From NCBI RefSeq assembly GCF_009914755.1, contig NC_060939.1: a stretch of DNA of 64,000 bases; one strand, written 5' to 3'. The stretch is from the human T2T-CHM13v2.0 reference genome, Homo sapiens. Below are positions 12,709 through 40,692 of the stretch, piece after piece; position 1 is the first letter of the stretch, and the number at the start of each line of letters is the position of its first letter. The notes beneath the pieces were generated by a model, which made no database searches, was not told the DNA's origin, and saw only the letters and a program-made list of their open reading frames with translations. A program made the translations under genes and the position numbers.

Positions 12709-14019
12709 GTGAGTGACCCTTTTTTTTTTTTAACTTAGCAGGGCTTCTAGGAATAGTGTGGAAAACAGGATCATAGAAGAGGATATGGATTTAGGAGCAC
12801 AAAAGGAAATTCATGAAGGGAAGTATTTAACTTGTGACAGCTGGTAGCTACTATACTCTCTCCAAGCCTTGGAATAACTGATAATTTATACTAGAGAAGC
12901 TGGTAGGAAAGTAATGAAATCCACCAAAACATTTTGAGAAAAAATAAACTATATACTATATACAATTTACTTTCATTATCAATGTAATCATTTTATTTTA
13001 GATTTAAAAATTATTATGTATAACTTGGTTTGCTTACAATACCTTCACATTTGATTATTTTATATTTAAGGCAGAGTTGATACTTAGATAGTAAACATTT
13101 TTAATTGAATTCTTCCTTTAAGACCTCTTCAGAGCTAAAATAAAGGAAGTTATGTTCTTCTGAACTTAGTGTTTTCCTGATTGTCAAACAAAAGAAAATG
13201 GTTATTTACTACATGAAAGCTTGAAAAACTCACTAAGGGTTTTTCAGGGGCCCTTGAATCCTGAGTTATCATCCATTTCCACTAGTTTCCACTTCTTATA
13301 AAGTTTAATTTCATTATATTAATCATTAAGATCAGTTTCTAATTTCCTCTATCATAGGACCTTTAGGTTTGCTGCTACTCATCTCTGTGCTTAGCTATTG
13401 AAGCAAACAGGGCTATAAGCATTTTGTTTATAATTTCTAGGGCAAAAATAAACACTATTGCCTAAACCTACTATATTCTTATTACTTTAAGGCCAAGTCA
13501 GTGAAAATAGACACTTTTCCATAATAGTAAAAAAATTGTTTGTGTGATAGTGAGTTTCCCATTACTTCAGATGTTCAGGCAGAGGTTGGAAAGGAGTGAA
13601 TTAAATGGCTTAAAATTTCTTTCAACTCTGGGAAGCTCCAAGAAGTCAGAAAGTTCAGAATCTTGCCTTCTTATGTGCAAATGGCTTGACTCGTGAAGCA
13701 GGAGTGTGTCTTGCTCTTAGGTTTAAGCTGGCTGTGCTATATAGTTTGTCTCTGTGGATGAACTGTATTTTTCTGCTCTCAAAGTTAATTCTTCATAAAA
13801 ACTGCCCATCAAAGTTTAAAAATTACTTTGAAGGAATAAAGGTTGAAAAGCAACAAATGAACTCTCCTTAGATATCTTAACTATGATTTCAAAAATTTAC
13901 AACACAAAACTTCTCAGGAAAAAAAAATCTCTGGTAAAAATTAAGGATTTCTTATGCAAGCTTCCATGGACTTCATAGCTCTTTGCCTTTTCTCTGCTCT
14001 TTGAGAATGTGCACAGTGA

Positions 14020-14364
<345 letters not shown>

Positions 14365-14659
14365 GATGTGCTTTCTTATAAAGTGATTCCTGCCAGCCAG
14401 GGCTTTATAAGGATGAATATCAATTCCTGACTCGAGTTTCTCTCTCTCTGCCTTAAGGTTAGACTTCTTCCCCTAAAAGGGGCTGGCAGTAGATGTGTTT
14501 CCTAAAAGATTTCCAGGTCCAGAAATTTTAGACTCTCATTTGGTTTCCAATTCTATAGCTCCCTCTAGAGCAGTAGGAAGTTATTGCAGATATTTTGCTT
14601 CACAAATTTGATCCATTTAATAAATTCAATTCCACAAAACATATTGATGGGCTCTCTGC

Positions 14660-14880
14660 TGACTCAGTGGTTAATAGGCTTTGGGGTCAAATAAAGAGTT
14701 CAAATCTGAGACCCACTACTTAATAATTGTGACTCTGGGAAGATACTTGAAGCAATCTGAGCTTCAGTTTCCTTAAAATATGTAGTAATAATACGTATTT
14801 CATAGGGTTGTTCTGAGATTAAATGAAATAATGTATGTAAATCCTCTTCCACAGTGAATGCTCAGTAAATATTAGCTAAT
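14660..14880 (+). mobile_element. MIR
   Basis: GAGTTCAAATC..ACTTAATAATTGTGACTCTGGG..CTGAGCTTCAGTTTCCT..GAGATTAAATGAAATAATGTATGTAAA core. Confidence 0.75.
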
Positions 14881-15228
14881 ATAATTAATCCCTTGTTTTA
14901 CAGAAAAGGATATATTATTGAAAGTCAGGGGAATTGGCAAACCCTCAGCTAGCAAGATGAATTAACCATATAAAACCAGTCAATCATATAATATCAATAA
15001 TTAATAACATTAAATATATTTTCATATCATATAACTCACCCTTTTGAAGTTTACAATTCAGTGATTTATAGCATATTCACAAAGTTGTACAATTATCACC
15101 ACTATCTAATTCCAGAACATTTTCATTATCCCCAAAAGACATTCCATACCCATTATCAGTCACTTCCCGTTCCTCTTTGCCCTGCCTTGGTAACCACTAT
15201 ATATTTTAAACATACTTTAAAAACACAC

Positions 15229-20461
<5,233 letters not shown>

Positions 20462-22520
20462 TGGTGGAGTAGAGAAGTCCCAAAGTCCATCCCTCCACAA
20501 AAACTGGCAAAAATTTTGAAGATCGAGTTTTTTAAAACTTGAAACTAATCAAAAGCTTACAGCAACCAGGGAAATATTTAATAATAATTAAATAAAACCT
20601 TGAATCTCTGTAAAATAACTTTTTAACACTTTAACTTACTCAGGTTTTCCTCATTTCCCACCTTGATGGTGGTTTTAAAGACAGCTGACATTCCAACTAC
20701 AGGTACATAATACAAGTGGGAGCAGCATGGACCTTATTCCCAAAGAACTGTGGCTTTGACCTGTCTGGTGCTTCCATGAAGTATTACATAAAAGGCTTGC
20801 CATTAGTTTGTTTAACTCAGAACTTTTTCACAGATGAGATGGCTACCCTGGAGGTATAGTTTGGAAACATTTAAAAGCAAATGTTTTTATTGCTGCCACC
20901 TGGGGAAAGGCATAATAGTTGGGGCAAACAATAGAGTAACCAAAAAGCTGAGAAAGAAAGGCTGGGGAAAGAGTTATTTTGGGGAATACCCTTTGAAAAG
21001 TACCCACATATTCCTGGTAATCTAGAAGGCCAACTGCATGCCCAGGACTGAGTGCATACTAAAAAAAAAAAAAAACCTGAGAAAGACCCCAAGTTTTCTT
21101 CTCGGAGTGACTTTTAGGATCTGTGTAAGCAGGAACTGAGGACTAAGGAAGTTGTAAACTGTGTGTTGAAGGCATGCTCAACATATACGAAGCCCATTTA
21201 CAAAGACTGGGAGGTTTTTGTTGTTGTTGTTGTTTGATTTGGGTTGATTCTAGGCATTTAAGGAAATCTCTGTTGAACTATTAGATGACTACTAAGTTCA
21301 TGGGACAGAATTCAGTAGCTACATGTGACGAAGAATACAGACTTTACAAAATTTGTTTAGAAAAGTCACTAACTAAACAAAACAACTACAACAAGAAGTA
21401 ACAAAAAACCCCAGAGAAGGTGGAAGATTCTGATTTCCAGAGATTTCACATTATACTTGTCAAAGTATCGGATATTCAACAAGTATAAATAAATAAGAAC
21501 ATATGGCCCATGGACAGGAGAAAAGGAAATTAATAGAAACTATTCCTGAGGAAGCTCAGACATTGGACTCACTAGACAAAGATTTTATATCAATTATTTT
21601 AAATATTCTCAAATAGCTAAAGGAAACAATTTGCAAATAAGGAAACCATGAGACTGATGTCTCACCAAATAGTGAATACCAGCAAAGATGTAGAAGTTAT
21701 AAAAAGGAACCAAAGAGAAATTATGGTGTTGAAAAGCATAATAACTGAAATGAGAAATTCGCAAGAAGTGTTCAAATCAGATTTGAGCAGGCAAAAGAAA
21801 GAATTCATGAAACTGAAAATAGGTCAATTGAGATTATGCTGAAGATCAGGGAAAAAAAAGAATGAATAAAAATGAGCAGAGCCTCAGAAACCTGTGGGAC
21901 TGTTATGCATAGTTGGAGTCCCAGAAGAGAGGAGAGAAGGGGACAGAAAGAATGCTTAAGGAAATAATGGTTTAAAACTTTTGAAATTTGACAAAAGACA
22001 TAAAGCTATACATCAAAGAAGCTCAACAAACTCTATGTAAGATAAGTTAACAGAGAGCCACACCAAGATAAGTTATAATTAAACTATTAAAAGCCAAAAA
22101 TAATCTTAAAAGTAGCAAGAGTGAAGTGACTTATGTACAAGAGAGCCTCAATAAGTTAACAGCTAATTTTTCATCAGAAATCATGGAAGCCAGAGAGCAA
22201 TGGGATGACATCTTCAAAGTAATTGAATAATCCACAAAGAATTTTGTATCTGGCCAAACTATCTTTCCAATATGAAGAAGAATTTAAGACATTCTCAGAC
22301 AGACAAAAACTGAGCTTATCTCTAGTAGATCTTACCTACAAAAAATGACAAAGGGACTTCTTCAAGCTGAAATGAAGGGACATTAGACAATAACTTGAAC
22401 CCAGACAAAGACATAAAAAAAGCACTCATCAAAGAACTACCTATTTTTGGTTTGTAACTCTTCTTTTTTTTCTAAAGTTTTAAAAGATAATAGCATAAAC
22501 CAATAATTGTATATAAAAAA
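20462..22520 (+). mobile_element. Ancient L1M 5'UTR/ORF1 remnant
   Basis: Degraded ORF1-like coiled-coil reading (IKRNQREIMVLKSIITEMRNS) and ORF1 motifs (AGAAACCTGTGGGAC, CATCAGAAATCATGGAAGCCAG). Confidence 0.75.
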
Positions 22521-22747
22521 AGAAATCAATCTTAGTTTAAAACTCAAGTGTGCAAAGAATAGCACATAGTATTTTCTATAACACTAAATATTGGCTTTGC
22601 ATTCCCATTCCTGTGGGCTGGAGGTAAATTTGTTATCTTTCAGGAAAGGCATCCACACTGATTAATGCTGAAAGTCCATTACCCAGTCTAGTCAAATTCA
22701 TATATTGAGGACATTTGAAATATTCTGCCCACTCCCAGCACGTGCAC

Positions 22748-22774
22748 GTGCACACACACACACACACACACACA
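22748..22774. repeat. (CA)n microsatellite
   Basis: ~12 CA units. Confidence 0.95.
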
Positions 22775-24453
22775 TCTTTCTTTAAATATATAGAAACGTT
22801 AAAGTGTCAATAACAATTTAAGTGTTAGTTTTTAAATGGTGGATTAAAAACTAATTTTCTCCCTTCTCTTAGAAACTCATCCTTCTTTAAGTCAAAAACC
22901 ACAAGGAGAATGAAAAATAGACAAATAATTTGCAATGAAACTAGAGACATCAAATAGCTTGGACTACAATCTATGAGGAAGGACTGCCAAATATAGTGAA
23001 AGTCAAGCAGGAATGTGAGAAAGGATGCCTAGGGAAGCAGACCTTACATGAAGGGAGGTGGTACTTTTCCAAAGAAAGTACCCCATCCTGTTGGCCACAA
23101 CCCACAAGCCCTGGTACAGAACAAAGAGAACAGGCAAGCAGGCTTAAGCTGGAGTAACCCATTTGTTATACAGATTTGAGATATGGGAAAGGTGAAGTTG
23201 AACAAGGACAAATATGCCATATTTTCAGAAAGCAGTCTGTTGCTGAGGTAGAATGGAGGACAGAGACTCTGCATTGCAAACAACCCTGCAGTGTTGATCA
23301 TGGGGAAAAAAGAACCCATGCAAACATTGTTTTATAAAGAAAATAGCCTCAAATATAACCCTGCCTCCATCCTCATACAAGTCTCTTGCAAATAGCTGAT
23401 TCAGGAAGAACTCACCTCATTCAAAGGTGTTTAAAGAAATACAAAATAAATAGCATCTATAAAACAACAAAATGGGAGAAAATGTCCAAAGCAAAGCACA
23501 GAAAGTTATGGAGTTAGAAGATATGAAAAAGAAATTAATAGAAATAAAGACTGGAGTGAGAAGCGTCAACATCTGTCTGATAGGAATTTCAGAAAAAGAG
23601 GCTACAGAGAATGGTTGAAAGGCAACATTCAAAGAGAAGATGGCCATATTAGGTCCAGACAGGCAAGACCCAGGTTTGGGGAGATCAGGCATCAGCAATA
23701 GGGAACACAGGCTATGTGAGAAACTATGGAGCAAAGGGCTACAGACTCAATCAAAAGCATTTTCACAACAAAAGTGAGAATGTAGACATGGAATGAGGGC
23801 AATATAAATAGTTATTAATGAGAATGGAATTTGATCATGAGGCAAAGAATGTTTAGCCATGTTCCCCTGGCTAGAATAAATCTGAATATAAGGGAAACTA
23901 AGCCCATAAGGAGAGGTAAATGTAAACTTCTAACGAGGAATGGGCAGGGTTAGGAATGAGGAACAGAGCAGTTCTGGATACTCCAATTCTCAAGTGGATA
24001 TATAGCAGATGGAAATTGCTCTGGCCTTCAGGATAGAGTTCTTTGAATTCCCTGATTTCACCAGTGACTTGAGTGTCAGAGCAAGTTCGTACTCCTCTGA
24101 GCTCCAGTTTTCCTCTCAAGAACAGAAGAGTAACCTCTGGACAAACTCTCAGGGATTTTGCCTCAGAATACATCTTCTGTCTATATTTAAGTTTTTTATC
24201 CTTCAGAGGAAGATGATATGCAAGTTGAAAAGTAGAAGCTAGGGACTTCTAGTTGCACTTTGTCCTGGTCCCATAAATGTAGTGGAGGTCCAGATGTGAG
24301 CAGCTCTTGGGCAGAGCCTCTATGTTATTCATTTCTATGACCCAGGAAGTATGGGCATAGAAACAAAGCTGCCATCACTGAATGTTTATTTACACCATTA
24401 GACCTTTAGGCACTGAGATTGAAGCCACTTCTGGTGGCCACTTCTGGTGGCTA

Positions 24454-24853
<400 letters not shown>

Positions 24854-24881
24854 TCAAATGGCTTCAGTTTAGTATTATTAA

Positions 24882-25180
24882 TTTTTTGAGATAGGGTCTT
24901 ACTTTGTCGCCCAGGCTAGAGTGCAGTGGCATGATCTAGGCTCACTGCAGCCTTAACAGTCCAGGTTCAAGCGATTCTCCAGCCTCAGCCTCCCGAGTAG
25001 CCGGGATTACAGGCACGTGACACCACACCCAGTTTTTGTTTTTGTTTTTGTTTTTTCCGGTAGAGACAGGGTTTCACCATGTTGCTCACGCTGGTCTCAA
25101 ATTCCTGGGCTCAAGCGATCAAGCTTTGCCTTGGCCTCCCAAAGTGCTGGGATTACAGGCGTGAGCCATCATGCTTGGCC
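24882..25180 (-). mobile_element. AluJ-like
   Basis: Antisense Alu, tail-to-tail with the preceding Alu. Confidence 0.9.
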
Positions 25181-25189
25181 TACAGCTTC

Positions 25190-30421
<5,232 letters not shown>

Positions 30422-30881
30422 TGAAATGTGTTTTTTTAAAAAGGAGTGAAGGGGACCCTGGATGGTTGACGATATCACACTACTGACTAAGGAATCTGAT
30501 TGATTTTCCAATTCTTTGTATATAATTTCTAGAAAACAAAAATAAAATAAAGGTAATAACTAGTAGAGCAGAAGTTGAAAAATAAAACTTTCAAAAGACA
30601 CTTGGGGAAAGTGGGTAAAGAGAGAGATGTACAACAAAGTACATTTCTTTGATTTAGTACTGTTTCTTCCTCTGCCTTGATTCTTTATTAAAGTTTAAAT
30701 AGCATCATACGCTATAATTTCAGAAAACACTCAAGTTACTGGTTCACTTTCAAAGGAGAGATTATGTGCTTTTACTTTAGTTGTACCAATTTTCAGCTCC
30801 TTTAGGAATGGCGCCATCATCCTGGAGTGTTAAAATGGGCAACAAGAAAGATAAACTCATTTTAGCTGTTCTTTTCTAAAG

Positions 30882-31358
30882 GTATCCACCAACCCCTCCT
30901 CCAACATCGATCCAGGCGACTATGTTGAAATGAATGATTCAATCACCCACCTACCCTCTAAAGTGGTGATACAAGATATTACTATGGAGCTACACTGCCC
31001 TCTGTGCAATGATTGGTTCCGAGACCCACTGATGCTAAGCTGTGGCCACAACTTCTGTGAAGCCTGTATCCAAGACTTTTGGAGGCTGCAAGCAAAGGAA
31101 ACATTCTGTCCTGAGTGTAAGATGCTATGTCAGTATAACAACTGTACATTCAACCCTGTACTGGACAAGTTGGTAGAGAAGATTAAGAAGTTACCCTTAC
31201 TCAAGGGCCATCCACAGTGCCCAGAGCATGGAGAGAACCTGAAACTGTTCAGTAAACCAGATGGGAAACTGATCTGCTTTCAATGCAAGGATGCTCGGTT
31301 GTCTGTGGGGCAGTCTAAGGAGTTCCTGCAAATCTCTGATGCTGTCCATTTCTTCATG
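30882..31358 (+). CDS. TRIM69: TRIM69 exon 2: C3HC4 RING and degenerate B-box
   Basis: ctaaag|GTATCC acceptor; CPLC..CGHNFCEAC..CPEC; donor ATG|GTGGGT; 477 nt, phase 0-0. Confidence 0.97.
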
Positions 31359-32349
31359 GTGGGTGAGCCCTGGGCCTTGAACAATCCCTTAGAAAAACTA
31401 GGAAAAATATTTCATAGGGCTTCTTCTTTCTTCCAACCCCATCCCTTTATTCAAATGATGATTAGAAAGCCCAGACTGCTCAGAAAGTACAACGTATCTT
31501 GCAAAGTTCTTTTTCTAGAGTTGCTGCTTATAGGAAAGGAACAGTGGAGGAGCCCTGGCTTACTCCCTCAATCAAATCTGTACCTAAACTCTGCCATGGT
31601 AGCACTCTGCTAAACACTGTGTAGAATATGGATAGATAAGATATTGCTCTTGTTATAAAAAATTCAAAATTTGGTTAAGTTTAAAATGAAGAAAACAACA
31701 GAAGCAATATTAAGATAGCCTCGTGTTAAAAGTTAAATTTTGTCACATTTGTAATTCTTAAGGGTTTAGAATTTCTGAGACTATTAGAGAAAAATGAAAT
31801 AGGGGACATATAGTGAAAGAAAGGGAAAGGACTTGAACTGGGAAATCATTTGGATTTTGAAGGGCAGAAGGAAGAAACAAATGTTCCAAGTGAGAACAAC
31901 ACAAGTAAAATGATAGATGCTGAGAACAGTATATAACTAGAGTGGAAAATGTGTAGAGTTCTATTCCCTTCTTCAAATCCCTGTAGCTAGCTACTAAGAG
32001 AGAAAAACTAAGTTTTAAGCTGTAATTTACTCCATAATTCTTTTTTTTTCTTTGTTTTGAGATGGGTCTCACTATGTTGCCCAGGCTGGTCTCAAACTCC
32101 TGGGCCCAAGTGATCCTCCCATCTCAGTCTCCCAAAGTGCTGAGATTACAGATGTGAGCTGCCACACCCGGCCTTTTCTTTTCTTTTTCACAATTCTTGA
32201 ACGAGACAAGAACTATGATACAGGGGAAGGGGAAGATTTTTGCAGCAAGAGCTTGCTTTTTTCTTGCACACTGGGGCCTTGGGGAAGATGTCCTTTATGG
32301 TCCTTCATCTCCCGAGTTAGTCTGGGTTAATTCTATTTGATATTCCCAG

Positions 32350-32445
32350 GAGGAGCTTGCCATCCAACAGGGTCAACTGGAGACAACTCTGAAGGAGCTT
32401 CAGACCCTGAGGAACATGCAGAAGGAAGCTATTGCTGCTCACAAG
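32350..32445 (+). CDS. TRIM69: TRIM69 exon 3: coiled coil
   Basis: cccag|GAGGAG..CACAAG|gtgagg; 96 nt, EELAIQQGQLETTLKELQTLRNMQKEAIAAHK. Confidence 0.95.
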
Positions 32446-33174
32446 GTGAGGAGCAAGAAAGAGGGGTTATGAGATAGAACTGGAACACACCCTCCATGTA
32501 ACTTCAGCTATGGGTACAAAGGTGCCTAACATATATTATCAACACACTAAATGGTACCTAGGCTATGGAATTGGAAAACTGAGTCTGTAGGGTGGAAAGG
32601 AATATGGTGGTGGAGTAGGTTCCTAATAGCTGATCAACAGAGCAGATTAACCTTTCCCCTAATATGCTGATCTTTTCGATAGTTCAGTCACCAGGTGACT
32701 GTCGTGGCGTTGAAATGTGTCTGGTCTTTGGCTTTATCTATGGCAAAAAAAAAAGGAACTTATTAGAAAAAAATCAATCACTAAAGATTGCTATGTCGAA
32801 AGAAATACCTTTATTTCCTTTGAGTTTATAACCAGACACCTCTGGACTAGGTCTCTAAGGTCATAGGCTTTTCCCAGCTGATTTGATCTTCTTAGCTTCC
32901 TCCAAGCTAAATAAAGCTATTGTCTGCACTTTCAACTTCATAGGCACTCTAGGACAACATTAATGGCTAGAGCTTTGGCAAATCAGTCCCTAGATTGGGG
33001 GTGCTAAATTGGAAGTTCTGTTTCTTTATTCATTATTCTATGGAGAAGAGCCTTCTCAGGTATTTGGCATCTGGAAGAAAAAAATATGCAGACTCAGGGA
33101 AAGAAGAAGGATATATGGAAGTAATGATGTCTTCAGAAAATCTTGTTCCTTTTGTAAAAGTTCCTATTAGTGTG

Positions 33175-34160
33175 AGCATTCATTCATTCATTTAACAAAT
33201 ATTTATTGAGTGGGTCAGGCATAATACTAGACATTGGGGATGGGAGACAGCTGTTAATTAAATAATCCCATGAGTAATAATAAAATAACAACTGTGATAA
33301 GTACTATAAATGAAAGTATAGGGTATGATGATAGCATATAAATGGAGAACATAATCTAGACTGGGGGAGGGGTGTTCTCTGAAGAAGTCACATTAAAAAT
33401 TGAGAATTGAAGGATAAGTAACTTATCCAAGTGAACTGGGTGAGTGGGGATATGAAGGAGGTAGCCTGGAGAAGAACGTTCTAGGAATAGAAAAGAGTAT
33501 CTGGAAAAGTCCTGAGATGGAAAGTTAGCTGCTATGTTAAACAGAGAAAAGGCCAATAAAGCTGGAACATGCTAAGCAAGATGATATTGATGAGGTGGAT
33601 ATGGGCTCACTGTAACCTCATACTCTTGGGCTCAAGAGATCTTCCCACCTCAGCCTCCTGAGTATCTGGGACTAGTTTGCCACACATGGCTAATTATTTT
33701 ATTTTTGGAGAGACTGGGTCTCACTATGTTGCCCAGTCTTGAACTCCTGTTCCAAGCAATCCTCCCAGCTTGGCCTCTATAAGTGTTGGAATTACAGGTA
33801 TGAGCCACTGTGCCCAGCCAAGACTATCTTAAGGTGCAATAATAATTATGGACCATGGGATCCAAGCTAGATAAGAGAGGACATGAAGGTAGAAGTTCCT
33901 GAATAGAAATGGAGGGATCGGTGAATAGGAGGTTTCAATGAGATCCAATAATTGTTGCAATAGGAGTATCTGAGTGAGCCTGGTGCATAAAAAGTTATTT
34001 TGGAGATGATACAATTGCTGGGGGTGATAAAATCCTAGGTGAGACTATAGGAATGAATCAATAAATGTGGAAATCACTAGAAATGAGGAGAATGAGGAAC
34101 TGAGAAGCCAGGATGTCAAATAGTTTAACTGTGAGGATGTTGAGGTAACCCAAGGAAAAA
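33175..34160. mobile_element. L2 remnant with AluJ fragment (~33600-33820)
   Basis: CATTCATTCATTTAACAAATATTTATTGAG L2 terminus and degraded L2 body. Confidence 0.7.
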
Positions 34161-34600
34161 GCTGCAAGTGTAACAGTGGCATTCCCCCAGTTCTGATTTC
34201 TAGGTAAGGACAGTTCTTCCAGCCTCCCAATACCCCCAGTCTAACAGTACCACTTGGCAGCTTTTGGATTACCAATCTAGGAGGGTATTATCTTTCATTC
34301 TAGAATGTTTGACTAACTCCACAGTCTTATTTAATATGGCATTGGTTACCATCTCAGTACTGCAATAGGAAACTAGAGGTCACTTTTGCCTATTTCATCC
34401 TGAACTATTAAATTAGTTGGAAAAGGAGTAAGTCTCCCAAAGGACTCATTTTAGTATGACTGAATTTGATATTCAGTAGCCATTTGTATGCATTTTTCTG
34501 TGATGGTATTTACCAAGTGTGTGAGTGTTGGTGGTGTGGGCCCCCATCCCCAAGCACTAGTCTCTGCAATAACCATGGTGATAATCATGGAGGTTTCCAG

Positions 34601-34834
34601 GAAAACAAGCTACATCTGCAGCAACATGTGTCCATGGAGTTTCTAAAGCTGCATCAGTTCCTGCACAGCAAAGAAAAGGACATTTTAACTGAGCTCCGGG
34701 AAGAGGGGAAAGCCTTGAATGAGGAGATGGAGTTGAATCTGAGCCAGCTTCAGGAGCAATGTCTCTTAGCCAAGGATATGTTGGTGAGCATTCAGGCAAA
34801 GACGGAACAACAGAACTCCTTCGACTTTCTCAAA
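34601..34834 (+). CDS. TRIM69: TRIM69 exon 4: coiled coil
   Basis: ttccag|GAAAAC..CTCAAA|gtgaga; 234 nt. Confidence 0.96.
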
Positions 34835-35619
34835 GTGAGAATCCACACCAATATGATTATGGGTACCTTCCTACCTAGAGGGGGGAAGAGGTTTGGAAAG
34901 AATGCGGAAGTGGCTTTTCACATCCAGGGAAAACAAAACAAAACAAAACAAAACTGTTATAGTGCTTTTAAGATTCTCTGGAAGAAAAGGAGGAGGCTGC
35001 TTCAGCTATACGCACAGCAGAAAGCTTTACTTTCATCCTCTTAGGAAATACGATTTTTAAATTCCATTAATAATAGTATATAGTAATGGTTTAATATTTT
35101 TCCATAAAGAGCTTGATGCTTTATTTCTCAAAAATAAAAATGTTGCAGCCTGAGTTGTATCTTTGGCTCTCAGCAATCATAAGCTGACCTGTCTGAAAAG
35201 CTGTTTTCTAACCTTTGCTTTCTTAAGCTTCACCTCTAAAGAAGCGTTGGTTACCATCTCAGCACTCAGAAGTTTAATTAGCTAGAGTAAGGAAAAGTGG
35301 CCTTGGGACTGGGATACCTAATGTGTTTTTCTTCTGAGACTATTTGAAAGTATAGGTAAAGATAGCTTAACCTTAAGTATTGTCTTATTGGCTTCTGTCT
35401 TGCTCCCTGTAGAAGAGAACTCTAGAAAGAGCAAAAGATCAATTTAACCTGGGTTAGGATCAGGGATGAAGATTAGAAAAAGTGTATGAAGGATGAAAGA
35501 AGTTGGTAGAGATGAGTTCGGGACCATCTGCACAAATTCTGGTGGTGGCTGGTATCACCAAAGAAATTTTGAGAGTTGATGAACGGGCATCTGATGTCTC
35601 TCTTTCTCCTTTCTTCTAG

Positions 35620-35642
35620 GACATCACAACTCTCTTACATAG
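35620..35642 (+). CDS. TRIM69: TRIM69 exon 5: 23-nt microexon
   Basis: Long pyrimidine tract, ctag|GACATC..CATAG|gtaagt; size typical of TRIM-SPRY genes; needed for frame. Confidence 0.93.
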
Positions 35643-35727
35643 GTAAGTGTTTCCCTATGGTACTATTAATATCATTCCTTGAGTCTCTGGAGGATGTCTA
35701 AGGATAAATGATTTATGTGCCCTGCAG

Positions 35728-35852
35728 CTTGGAGCAAGGAATGAAGGTGCTGGCAACCAGAGAGCTTATTTCCAGAAAGCTGAACCTGGGCCAGTACAAA
35801 GGTCCTATCCAGTACATGGTATGGAGGGAAATGCAGGACACTCTCTGCCCAG
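35728..35852 (+). CDS. TRIM69: TRIM69 exon 6: linker
   Basis: tgcag|CTTGGAG..TGCCCAG|gtatca; 125 nt, LEQGMKVLATRELISRKLNLGQYKGPIQYMVWREMQDTLCP. Confidence 0.95.
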
Positions 35853-36589
35853 GTATCAGTGGGTAGTAACTATTGGTTCTTGAGGCTCCTAATCTACGTT
35901 TAATCTGTGGGACTTCTTCTGTGGCCCTAATTAAGTTTTTACAGTCTGGGATAGGGAAGGGGTACAGTTTGGCCAAAAGGAGGCTAGTTGGTATGACTGA
36001 ATTTCTTCTAGTACCATGACCTAAGAATTTATGACTTTGTGCTGGTAAATAGATATGAGTTTGATATCAGGATTACTTCTTAGCATATGATTTTGACTGA
36101 TTTATGAAATGTGGCAACAGCCAAAATTTTATCTTGTTTTGCTAAATCAGCTATATGAATCCCAGGGGCTTCTCTGAAGAAGGAGGAGGTTTCTGAACAT
36201 ACTCTTTTTATGTACACTGGGTCTTTACAGTTTCTTTTGTGCTTGATGTTCATAGCGTAGAACATTTTAGAAGATTGTTTAGATCTTCAGTGCTTCAGAA
36301 GAAAACCAATAATTTAAATAAACATACCTAAGAAGGACACTAAGTTTTTGTGTTCCTGTAGATACCAAAGGACTGAGCAAGACAAAATAACACACATGGC
36401 ATTTCAAGAACATCAAATAAAGTTCTAAATAAAAATCTTTATAGAAATAAAATTCTAAATAGAGTTTTTATAGAATTCATAGACTCATCATTATTATTAT
36501 TGTTTATGGTTATTGATTTAATGAGAAATCACAAATATATCCCTGATTTAATGAAAAATCGCAAATTTTTCCAGGTAATTGACATTGAA

Positions 36590-40130
<3,541 letters not shown>

Positions 40131-40474
40131 CTTGGTATGACAGAGTTTTTCTTCCTGTATACTTTGCTCTGTAAAGCCAAACTTCACTTCTAGCAATCTT
40201 TTAAAATGCAAACTGATTTTTAAATTTTTGGTATAATTTTACATCAAGAAAACCAAATGAGATTTATTTAATATATGACTATTTATTAATAATGTATTAT
40301 TTATCCATATACTCTCCCTCTATACAGAGTGGGAAATTGTTTTTCTATGGTAACTGTGGTCAGACCTTTGTAAAATATATTCCATACTTTTTATTTCTAA
40401 GTCTTTGCTTATTTTGTAGATCCATATATTCTCCTTTTCTGCCAGCCTTATAAATTAGGCTGTTGCTTTAGAGC

Positions 40475-40692
40475 AGGAGCTGGCACTTTTCTGTAAAGGT
40501 TTGAAGAGTAAATATTTTAGGCCTTGCAGGTGTATGGTCTTTGTTGCTGCTACTTAACTCTGCTCTTGTAGTGAAAAAGAAGCTACAGACAACATATAAA
40601 TGAATGGTCATAAATGTGCTCCAATAAAACTTTACTTACAAAGTAGGCAGTGGGTCAGATTTGACCTGTTGGTTGTAGATTGCCTACTCTAG
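40475..40692. mobile_element. MER58A-like (hAT-Charlie)
   Basis: TTTTCTGTAAAGG..AGTAAATATTTTAGGC..CTCTGCTCTTGTAG..CCAATAAAACTTTA. Confidence 0.8.

Noticed and set aside
23898-24242. Non-repeat-looking ORFs on both strands in intron 1
   Set aside because: No recognisable domain or convincing splice sites
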